NCBI GenBank assembly: GCA_977017575.1
Contig: CDRNVI010000086.1
Span: 1-63,792 of the forward strand
Length of the DNA: 63,792 nucleotides
Origin: Paramoeba atlantica
Lineage: Eukaryota > Protista > Discosea
Direction: 5' to 3'
Shown here: one piece after another, positions 54,234 through 63,792 of the stretch
How the letters are laid out: each line of letters begins with the position of its first letter
Numbering within the stretch: the stretch's first letter is position 1
Position numbers and translations under genes: made by a program
The notes under the pieces: generated by a model
The model's input: only the letters and a program-made list of their open reading frames with translations
What the model was told of the DNA's origin: nothing
The model's database searches: none

Positions 54234-54750
54234 ACTAGGAGGCATCCCATACTTTTCGTTTAAGAACGACTGGGACTTTGGTCTGAATTTAAGAGATCTC
54301 CGTTTGCCAACATTGGGAGTTGTCGAACGATCGGCCATATGCCGTATTCTGAATTTCCAGACGATCTGTGAAATTCGTCATGAGCGGAATTTTGAGAAAA
54401 AATTTCGAAATCATGTTATTTCATTGTTTTCAACAGGACCTCAGGACATAGCTCAGATTCTTCCAGCTACTGAACAGAGGGTGTTTGTGACATTTGTCGG
54501 TGAACAAACAAAAAGGAAAGCTGAAACAGATGCTTCCATACAGGCATATTTCTCTGTTCGGGCTGACGCTACAAGAGCTTGGCTTTATTTTCTTAAAGAA
54601 CACAATGTATTCTACTCAGATATTCACATATCGGAACAGAGAATAGAGGATTTGGTGAACGAAAGAAAAAGAATACTTGAAGAAGCAACTGTTGTCAACA
54701 ATGCCATTTCAGTGGCAGCTTCACTATTAGCTCATAATGAAGCGCGATAG
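54190..54750 (+). pseudogene. Helitron conserved region upstream of Rep
   Basis: CSRC..GIPYFSFKNDWDFG..LGVVERSAI; VRADATRAWLYFLKEHNVFYSDI, as in Helitron pre-Rep regions. Confidence 0.65.
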
Positions 54751-54926
54751 AAGAAGAAAAGCCGGAGGTAGAAAACGTTTTACTATGTGAACCTCCCCAA
54801 CGAAATGCTGAGGATGAGATAGTCGAAAGCCTAACAAACCTCATAAAACGTAATGACCAAAGAAGGCACCATGCCAGAATTCACGCTACAAGTGCAGCTA
54901 AAGAGTTTAACGAGAATGACAAAATT

Positions 54927-57212
54927 TTGGGAATGGGGTTTCCAGATCTTTTTCCAGTTCTTTCTGAAGCGTCTGCCAATCTCCTAAAGCGCCCCCTTAC
55001 TCCTGACAGCGGCCTGAAGCATTTGTTGTTGCAAAAAGACCCTCGTTGGTGCAGAAACGGAAATTTTGGTTTCTTACATTGGAATCAAATCAGGCGCCAT
55101 TCCTTAGCTCGAAGTGTGAGGGTCAAGCCCAATATGCGGAGAAAAGCAAAGAAACTTTTGGAAAAAGAAAATATATTTGTGCAGTTGAAGGAGGCACAGA
55201 AGGACTCTCAACGAAAGGAAAATCGTAAGCTTCTGTTGGAAGCATGCGATGTCCTGCATATTGTAACTCGTGATGTTCCATTTTCCGACGCAGCTCGGAA
55301 TGCGTGCTTTAAACAAATGGTGGCAATTCATGGGTTCATGGGTCATCCGACACTCTACGTCACCGTATCCCCATGCGATCCAGATATGAAAATTACCCTG
55401 GAATACCTATGCGCCTCTTCAAAAAGCGTGCAAGAGGATTTTCTAATTGACGATGCGTACCAAAGAGTACAAAAAGTGCGAGATCACCCTGCATATGCAG
55501 CGCAAACATTTCATTTAATTATTGATGCGTTAATTACCACGATATTTGGTGTAGTCCCGCACAAACGATTTAAAAAATCAGGCCAATCGGTCAGTGCTAT
55601 TTCAGAAGAAATGCCCGTCGGAATTTTCAAGATTATGAAGGGAATGTTTAGGGTGGTTGAGACACAAGGTAGAGGAAATTTGCATATGCATATTGTTCTA
55701 TGGGGCATCCCTCTCGCTGAGTATGCTTCCGAAAAGATTCATATGGAATCAGAAAGAAACAGTTTAAGCCAATTAGTTTCTGATTGGATGACGGTTTCCG
55801 TGCCGTGGGATAAAGGAGATACGAGAAGCGTCGGGGGAAGAGTGGGGTTAGAGGCATGCCCGCCATTCGATAATAAGAAAGCTATGGATATCAGAGAGCA
55901 TCGAGTTGCATCAACTGTGCAACAGCATGTGCATACGGAGAAATGTTTCAAAAATATAGGTGTAGCGCCAACAAAATGCCGATATGCATACCCACGCCAG
56001 GTTACGCCATTGAATGCTTTTTATTTGTTAGAACAATCAAGTTCTACACCAGGAAAAGTAGTGGCAAAAACAGTTTCAGAAAATATGGCGGCCCGTGCTG
56101 AAAGTACAGAGCCCTCTTTCTTTGGTTATATGTCACCCGACTTTCGCCCTCTATTGTACTTGCCTAAGAGATCATCAAGGCATAAAAATACTGCAGAATA
56201 CAATTCGATCATGTCCTGCCTCCTGGGGTTCAATACAAATGTTGTTTTTCTCGGATCAGCTTGCGTTGCAGCGATAACTACTTTCTATCTTTTTAAATAT
56301 TTGTCCAAAAACTTGCTTGATATCAATACTTGTATTGGGGCAGTTCAAGCAGCAAAACACAAAGAAAAATACGGAAGCCGAAGATCGCACGAGAATTCAG
56401 CAGACACGTTGCTCTGCAATAAGATTGGAAATAGTCAACTAGGAATGCAAGAAGTGTCGGCCCAGCTGGCCATGTATTGTTGCCTTGGTTATGAGTCGGA
56501 AGAATGCAGCCATATAGTTTCCTACTTGGATGTACGGCAGGCATCTAAATTAATGGCCAAAGGCGTTTCAGGAGTACAGGAAGACGAAACAGAGACTGAT
56601 AGCGAAATATCAGATAATGGAGGCCTCTCTGATGTGATTGTAAGGGATGATGGGTCTACTGAAATGTGCAGTAAGGCTCTGGACTATTACTTTCGAGGCA
56701 CAGAACTTGAGTTCTTAAATTTTTACCTTTACGACGCCACTATTGCGAGAGTTCGCATATCATCAGTGAAAACAATTGGTAAAACCAAGAAAGGGAGATC
56801 AAGAAACACTACATTCGCATTCAAGAAAGGACATCCGCTGATTGAAACTTTTACTCAGCGAATACGGAGCAAATATGTTATCCCATCTCCAGGGTATATA
56901 CCACACTGGTCACATCTCCGGGATGTCGCTACAGATTGCGATCATTCTACAACTGTTTTAGCAAAAAAACACGCGAAATATTTTTCTGCCCTTATGCGCC
57001 CCTTCTCAAAAGATAAGAAAATATCATATAGGCCAAGTGGCTGGAAAGAGTACTTGAAGATACTCAAGGAGTGTAGTGAGGGAAAAAAGGTGGAAGGAAC
57101 GGAATACCCTCCGGAAATTTGCTCTTGCTTAATTAAGATCATCAATAACTTGAGAATCGGAATTCAGGATTCTTGCAAGGAATTTCTTCCTTTGAAGAAC
57201 CAAGATGCATGA
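54927..57212 (+). pseudogene. Helitron Rep (HUH endonuclease); frame open back to ~54745
   Basis: MGFPDLFP, motif 1 LYVTVSP, motif 2 VETQGRGNLHMHIVLW, QQHVHTEKC, motif 3 YLFKYLSK. Confidence 0.9.
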
Positions 57213-59041
57213 TCAACATGTTTAGGCACCAGGAAGCTGCTACTTATGAAGAATGGAAATCAAAAGGCTTAACAGAAACAGCGCAAGATGTTGCAGAAGC
57301 TACTGGGTGTTTAGAAAAAGAAGCTGCGGATGGAATTCAGGAAGCGAACGATCTCCTTGCACAACATCAAGCAAATTCGAAGAAAGGAAAGAAAAGAAAC
57401 GTTGAAACTGAACTTTTCTTGGTTGAACTTGAAGATCAAGTAGAAAGGCTTTTGAAAGATACATGGACATCGGATCAGAGAACGAATCATTGCTATGCTG
57501 CGCCTCAGAGCATCGGCGCAATGAGCACATCCTGTCGCGATAACTTCGACAACAAAACATACAAGTTTCAGATAAAGGTGTCAGCTGGGAAATCCAGGAG
57601 GATAATTTCAAATCAAACGCCTGATCATGATATTGATGAGCTCAAGCAAAATAATGTAACGCAAGAAGATGTATTGGAAAGTTTGAATCAGAATCCGTTC
57701 TCGAAAGCCCGAGTTCTTAGTATAAACAAAAGTGTTGAGCTCATTTTTCGTGTAGGTGAAAAACATATAAGGAATAGGTCTCTCGACAAAAAGTTAGATA
57801 AGGATCAAGAGCAATTCGTTCTCAACACACTAAAGCAAACAGAAAATCATATAGGATTGTCAGAAGGATACAAAGCCTTTCTACATGGAGGTCCAGGGTG
57901 TGGTAAAAGTGAAACCAGCCGATGCTTTATGGAAGCCAAGAACGCTTTCCGCCCAAGATCCGTACTTGCCTTCGGATACTCGGGGGATTGCGCTGTCAAC
58001 ATTAATGGGGAGGCCATACATTCTGGATTCTGTTTCCCAGCAGCGTGGAGTAAAAAGAGTAAGAGCGCTTTCCTAGATTATCTAAACCCTCAGAGGCTGA
58101 AAAAGTTAAAAGAAAAATTCAATGGTGTGGATACCGTTTTGATCGACGAAGCATCGTGTGTGTCAACTAAGACTTTGTGGCAAATTCATCAAAGACTTTG
58201 TGCAGTTTCTGAGAGCCAAGCAATATTTGGCGGGTTTTCCATAGTCATGGTCGGGGATTTTTTCCAATTACCCCCAGTACGAACTTCAGGCTCATCACTT
58301 GTCTACGGTGCTAGCTGCAGCCCCCATTCATGTACATTAGGAATCAATGATTTTGTTTTTACGAATCTTACCACCCAACATAGAGAAGATGGAACAAGTG
58401 AAAAGGACTTTGAACATCAAAGAATGCTGATGAACTTGCGGGATCCAAGCTTATGCGCTTCATCATTTAAGGGTTTCTTAAAAAACGCCCAGTATGCTAC
58501 TGATGGGATACCAAAGAATTCATGCATGCTGGTGAGCACCAAAAGAGAAAAAGAAGTACTTTCAAGACTTCGGAGTCAGGAATTTGCTCAGGAAAGAGGC
58601 ATGTCCGTATTGGACCTAGGAGGCGCTAGGTATTTTTCTGTTCCTGGGAAACCCGTGATGTGCCTAGTCAACCTATGCCCGCAGAGGCGACTAGTGAATG
58701 GTACGCTAATGATTGAAGATGAAATCATTGTAAAGAATGAGAAGACCAAAGAAGAATTAAGCTCATACATTAAAGAAAATGGAAGGCCTGGTAAAATTTT
58801 GGATTGCACAGCCTTCTCAATAGCTGGCATCTCGGCCTCAACAGTAGACGGAAATCTTTCGGCTGAATTTCGAAAAAGTTATATTGATGATGAGCTTGAA
58901 ATTGGGTGCGGCTTCTCTCACACCATTAACAAAGTACAGGGAGCTACTCTTACAGAAAATGTCTGCATAGACTTGAACCGCAGACCAACATGCTATCACA
59001 GCAAGATGTTATGTCATGCCTCGGTGTACGTGGCCCTCTAA
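57173..59041 (+). pseudogene. Pif1-like SF1B helicase of the Helitron
   Basis: GGPGCGKS, LIDEAS, FGGFSIVMVGDFFQLPPV, LTTQHR, LVNGT, TINKVQGATL, YVAL*RV (TAA where Ser is expected). Confidence 0.9.
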
Positions 59042-59053
59042 AGAGTAAAAAGT

Positions 59054-59920
59054 GTGAGTCAACTTTGGTTACTCCCTGAAAGAAGTGATGGAGGCTTTAG
59101 CTACTTGGAAAACTTGCGACCCAACGCCGACGTTTCGAAATTCGTGAAACGTATGACGCAGAAGGAAGGCAATGAAAAATACGTACCTGAAAAAACTCTG
59201 TACCGTTGCCCTCCGCCATCTAAGAAAAAGAAACTGCAAAGAAAGGGGGAATACCCTATGTCGCGCGAAAGTGAAACTTACACGCGACCCCAGTTAAAAG
59301 ATCGGACGCAAGACAATCAGTGGACACAACCTGGACAATTTATACCGGACACAGTTATAAACACTTTAGGTTCAGTACTTTCAAGCCCGTCTGAAAGATA
59401 TCAAGTATTGGATAGTTCTGTGGCAACTACGATTTTTAAGAGATATGCCACATCAGTAGGGGATTTACCGGCAGAAATAAGAACAAGAATTTTCTTGGCT
59501 GACCGCACTGCCGTTCCATTCTTTTTCAATCAACACTTCGCTCTATGTGTTATCGTACCGCATGAAAATAAAGAAGGCGGAAAGTTACTTTGGTTCGATT
59601 CCCTGCCTAACCACAATCCGAGGAGAGGAACTGAAGTGCTCTTAGATGTGCAAACTGTTGCGCAAAATATCTTTCACGGAGCACATGGCTGGGAGATTAT
59701 ACAGGGCTCAACCTTGGTGCAAGATGATGGCACCAATGACTGTGCTTTATTCGTTTGCCGTTGGATGATTCAGTGCGCAACTCCAGGTCTCGAAACACCT
59801 CCTGAACTGTCTCGTACGGAACTTGCTCAGATCGTCAGCCGGGAATCGGTAGAAGCGGTATGGGCAAAAGAGCGAAGAACAAGAAATACAGTGGAACAAG
59901 AAATGTACAGTGGAAAATAG
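59054..59920 (+). pseudogene. Ulp1/C48-like cysteine protease domain, in frame with the helicase
   Basis: PGQFIPDTVIN, NQHFALCVI (His), WFDSL (Asp), VQDDGTNDCALFV (Gln, Cys). Confidence 0.75.
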
Positions 59921-60265
59921 AAAAGAAATTAGAGTAAATTGATACGAAAATCACATTCATTTTGAATACCTTCTTCGTGAGAAGAGGGTCCTCAGACAAT
60001 TATCTCTCGCCTTGACGTGGCGTCTGAGCTTAATGCCTGTTGGCTAACCAAGCAGAGATACATAAAGAACTGTCAACGAACGAAATGTTCCTTATGCACG
60101 ACCTGGTGTAAGTGTTGGGGGAACCTCGGTTCCGTCTCACTGAGCCAGTGAACGTGCCCATAGGTGCACTTTTGCATTATTAAAGTACAACATAAAGGGC
60201 TCAATGCTTAACATAAACAAGACGTAAGTAGAATCGAACATAGTCCTCCCAGAGGCAAAATGTTA

Positions 60266-60617
60266 GCCGGGCGGGCCCCTCAAAAAAAAGATTTCAGAAG
60301 CTTGTTTTCTTCAAGATTACCTGCCACGAGGTAAAGCACTCCCCGCGCCAGCGGGTCTGCACCGCCTCGAAGGGCCCGCCGGGCGGGCCCTTCAAAAAAA
60401 AGATTTCAGAAGCTTGTTTCCTTCAAGCTTGTTTCCTTCATTACCTGTCACGAGGTAAAGCACTCCCCGCGCCAGCGGGTCTGCACCGCCTCGAAGGGCC
60501 CGCCCGGCGGGCCCTTCAAAAAAAAGATTTCAGAAGCTTGTTTCCTTCAAGATTACTTGTCACGAGGTAAAGCGCTCCCCGCGCCAGCGGGTCTGCACCG
60601 CCTCGAACGGCCCGCCG
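60266..60617. repeat. Three tandem ~115-bp units joined by GC-rich palindromes
   Basis: GAAGGGCCCGCC-G-GGCGGGCCCTTC at 60369-60393 and a similar palindrome at ~60493-60517. Confidence 0.85.
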
Positions 60618-60622
60618 TATAA

Positions 60623-61210
60623 CCCAGATTGAAAGGGGGCGGAGATGGCGGAGTGGCAAGAATTCAAAGTTTGAAGCACGTGGTGCTCAGACGGCGAGTT
60701 CAAACCCGCTCATCACATTATTCCTGGCAGCCTCACTCTAAGAGACTGGGCTGAGAACCGACTAGGCCCAGTACTCGGAGGACCGTCCCGAACCCTCCCC
60801 TCAGGGAACCAGCTCCCTTACCCGGCTTACACCTCTTGGGTAAGCCGTGTTGACGTACAGTTCGTCGACGCAACGTGTTGGCAACAGCACTTTGGTGCCG
60901 CCTTGGACAAGCGGAAACTGGTAGAGGACGTCGGCCTCGGAACTTCCAAATCTGTCTGTGAAGGGTCTGGCTTGCCAGTGACCATCCGGAGCAATCCGGA
61001 ATGATTTGGAGTTTTGGAGATTGAAAGGGGCGAGGGAGATACGAAGGAACAGGCGTGGCAGATTCCCACTGAAAAGAAATGGTATCTCCCCGCACGAGAA
61101 AAGCCTTTGCGCGTGCTAACTCGGAGACAAACTTCGTGCGGGGAGATACCATTTCTTTTCAGTGGGAATCTGCCACGCCTGTTGCTTCGTATCTCCCTCG
61201 CCCCTTTCAA
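60623..61210. mobile_element. MITE-1 interrupted by SINE1 in its left TIR
   Basis: AGATTGAAAGGGG duplicated at 60626-60638 and 61018-61030. Confidence 0.8.
60641..61017 (+). mobile_element. SINE1, full length
   Basis: Complete consensus; TSD of at least 13 bp. Confidence 0.9.
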
Positions 61211-61275
61211 TTAGCTTTCCGTACTATTATCTTTCTTCTGCACTATTAGCTATTCTATTAGCTCTTCTGTGCTAT

Positions 61276-61653
61276 TAGCTTTCTACGCCGTTGTTTTCGC
61301 GAGATGTCGCTTCTTGACGCCGAGGTACGCCTCCTAAAATGACCCATTTTTGACAAAAAAATGCGAAAAAGTAATTTTCGGACCCAAAGGGGTCTTTTTG
61401 GGTCGGAAGAACGGTGTGGTTGGAGTAGCATCCTCCACCCAATACGTTTGGTAGCCTCGAATACATGCGTACCCCATTTTTACCCAAAAAGTCGGCTATT
61501 TTTGACTCAAATCCTTCCGTTTTCTTCAGCGTGCCTGGCCAATTTTTCTTTTTTAGGCTCTCCGTTAAACGCAGTGGTAGTTTTCAACGCGAAGCGCGCA
61601 GCATGAGTGACTTCTAAGTTGAAAACAACCACCGCGTTTAACGAAGAGCCTAA
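61276..61653 (+). mobile_element. Family X 3' part, diverged
   Basis: Ends with the same hairpin and GAGCCTAA. Confidence 0.75.
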
Positions 61654-62281
61654 TAATTTGCTAATGCATATAGCACCAAATATTTAGCAAATATTTCCCA
61701 AATCGCGAAAAGATTTGGGGGGAAAACCTCGACGTTTCGGCCAAAAATGCGAAATATTAAACCGAATTTGGGCCGACTTTAATGCCATACCAGTAAGGCT
61801 AGGAGGCGAATCTGTCGCCAAAAACGTCGTAGAATGGTAGCTGGGGTCCCAAACTCCTAAAATACGTTTTAGGAGTCGATTTTGGAAAAATAGTATTTTT
61901 ACTTTTTTTTGGGACCGATTTCGTTTCAGGTGAGTTTTCGAAAAAAATGTTTACAAAAACGTATGAATCGAATTCAGTGACAAGATCACTAGTTTTTCAA
62001 CAATTCCGATCGGTACCACATGCCCCCCTCCTCCCCACCAGGGTGATCATAGCAATTTCTGAACTTCAAAAAAAAAAACTGATTTATGGGTGGAAGTAAA
62101 AAAATATATTTTTCCCAAATACTAGAGCATTTTTTGAGAGGTTGGGGCCTGATATACGTGTATACGCTTTGGTTTCATTCGATATTTCTCCACCCTGTTC
62201 CGGTAATATACCTACAAAGTCCACAGTTTACCTGGAAGTGTGTGACACGCAAGGCCGTAGAGGAAGGAGGAGGCACAAGGC

Positions 62282-62328
62282 AAAAAGGCAGAAGGCGGAG
62301 CCTTCTTTGCTCCGCCTTCTGTCTTTTT
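62282..62328. other. 20-bp-stem hairpin
   Basis: AAAAAGGCAGAAGGCGGAGC-CTTCTTT-GCTCCGCCTTCTGTCTTTTT, one G-T pair. Confidence 0.8.
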
Positions 62329-62400
62329 GCCGCGGCGACGACGACTTCCTCGCGTGGGAAGCTGTAAAGCGCCCTAGGGAGCATGTTCCGATGGCTATGT

Positions 62401-62593
62401 AATCCAGGCTAAAGTGGACGAGGGAGATGCTAAAGACACCTTTGGAAAACCACCTCGAAACTGGAACGGTATCTCCCGGTTTGTAGAGCATTCTGATGTG
62501 GCAAAAGGGTCTTTAACGGGAGATACTGTTGCATTTTTGTGGTGGTTTTCCAAAGGTGCCTTTACTATCTCCCTCGTCCACTTTAGCCTGATT
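62401..62593. mobile_element. MITE-2, complete (~193 bp)
   Basis: AATCCAGGCTAAAGTGGACGAGGGAGAT..ATCTCCCTCGTCCACTTTAGCCTGATT. Confidence 0.85.
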
Positions 62594-62624
62594 CATGCCA
62601 CCCGGGTAGATAACAGGCTGGGTA

Positions 62625-62930
62625 ACCCGGTGGATAACAGGCTCTTCGCTTTCAAACGACAAACGCGTTTCCTGCAGGGTCATTATGGTAACACCATGAC
62701 TCCGCATGAATATCACGGCCTGGTGTAGATGATAACTGCGACGTAGAGCCAATGCGTCCGAGGACTTGCATTTCAATGTGTCCACGTTTAAAAAAAAATC
62801 CAAGTCATTCCGGATTGCTCCGGATGGTCACTGGCAAGCCAGACCCTTCACAGACAGATTTGGAACGACAGATTTGGTCCACGTTTAGGGTGCTCACCAC
62901 GAACAACCCTCTCATAGCTTGAATCTTGGG
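62625..62930 (-). pseudogene. LINE-g APE N-terminal fragment
   Basis: VSTLNVDTLKCKSSD..LQETRLSFESEEPVIHR once the SINE1 insert is removed; aligns with LINE-a. Confidence 0.75.
62791..62876 (-). mobile_element. SINE1 3' end only
   Basis: 11-bp TSD GTCCACGTTTA at 62780-62790 and 62877-62887. Confidence 0.85.
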
Positions 62931-63067
62931 TCTCCGCTCTCCGGCGCCACGCCGAAAACAGGTTTTGCGCTCCCGATTGCGTCCGTGCCATGATTTTGGG
63001 AGTAGAATGCTGCTGCTGCTGCTGCTGCTGCTGAAGAAGAAGAAGGAAGAAGGAAGAAGTGTATTTG

Positions 63068-63476
63068 GAAGACGGTGGGCCTTACAACCTGCAGGTTGTT
63101 GGTTCGATTCCCGCTATCGACAAAACTCGCAACCTGGCGGCCTCACTACAAAGGGGGAGCGATCAGGCGTGCCTTCAAGGCCCAAACCCAACCCCGTTCC
63201 CCTGGAGGACCGACCCGGAACCGCCGAGCCGAACCAAGCTCCAGCGCAGCCGCTAAATTGCGAGCTGCTTACGCAAAGAAGGCTTGAGACACAGCCTACA
63301 CGATGCAACGGGGTGGACGCCCGTCCTGGTAGCTACGGTTGGGTAGCCGTGCTCGGGCCGCAAGGCGTCGAGTGCCGCCTGGGAAGGGGATAGCAAGACG
63401 ATGAAGGTCGGTGAAATGAGACTCTACCCCAACGGTTGGCGCTGCAGAGCCCTCCGTGTTCTTCTTCTTCTTCTTC
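63068..63476 (+). mobile_element. SINE2 with short (CTT)n tail
   Basis: Matches 42965-43370. Confidence 0.9.
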
Positions 63477-63654
63477 ACATGTGGCCAAATGTGTTTTTGA
63501 TGTTCAGCAGCACGTTGGTCACAGACCCTGCTACGACGACCATACTACGGTGAAAACACCACATCCCGTTCGCTTTGTGAAGTTAGGCACCGTCAGGCTC
63601 AGTTAGTACTGAGGTGAGCGATCGCTCGGGAACCCTGAGTGTCGTACTCTTAGT

Positions 63655-63792
63655 GGAGGTGGCGGAGTGGCAAGAACTCAAAGTTTGAAGCACATGGTGC
63701 TCAGACGGCGAGTTCAAACCCACTCATCGCAATATTCCTGGCGGCCTCACTCTAAGAGACTGGGCTGATAACCGACTAGGCCCAGTACTCGG
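63655..63792 (+). mobile_element. SINE1 5' part, runs off the window end
   Basis: GGAGGTGGCGGAGTGGCAAG head. Confidence 0.9.

Larger units (their letters stand above)
53060..60620 (+). mobile_element. Helitron (rolling-circle transposon), disrupted; termini uncertain
   Basis: Collinear ZnF, N-terminal region, HUH Rep, Pif1-like helicase and C48 protease on one strand, broken by three frameshifts and one stop. Confidence 0.9.

Noticed and set aside
62282-62328. Rho-independent terminator
   Set aside because: Eukaryotic context with no upstream gene; kept only as a hairpin

Overview
Eukaryotic (probably protist) DNA made almost entirely of nested transposable elements; no ordinary host gene is recognisable. 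Contents: (1) a 12.4-kb near-identical tandem duplication (321-12732 / 12733-25129); (2) at least 7 families of single-ORF APE-RT-RNase H non-LTR retrotransposons (RTE/RTEX-like; called LINE-a,b,d,e,f,g,h here), with one near-complete copy at ~44030-48972; (3) RLE-type non-LTR elements of the CRE clade (CRE-1, -2, -3) and a HERO-like fragment; (4) two abundant tRNA-derived SINE families (SINE1, more than 20 copies or fragments; SINE2 with a (CTT)n tail); (5) a ~7-kb disrupted Helitron (ZnF-Rep-Pif1 helicase) with an in-frame C-terminal Ulp1/C48-like protease; (6) foldback MITEs, a DINE-1/HINE-like dispersed repeat (X), minisatellite arrays (Y) and IS30-like HTH fragments. Most notable: a conserved ACTG..CAGT 3' hairpin shared by five LINE families with different tails, a Tudor-like N-terminal module on the LINE ORF, the Helitron-Ulp1 fusion, a HERO-fragment+SINE2 composite moved as one unit (TSD and empty site both visible), and a core shared by two SINEs with different heads and tails. 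All calls come from manual reading; no database searches were run. Family names are my own labels and many boundaries are approximate.
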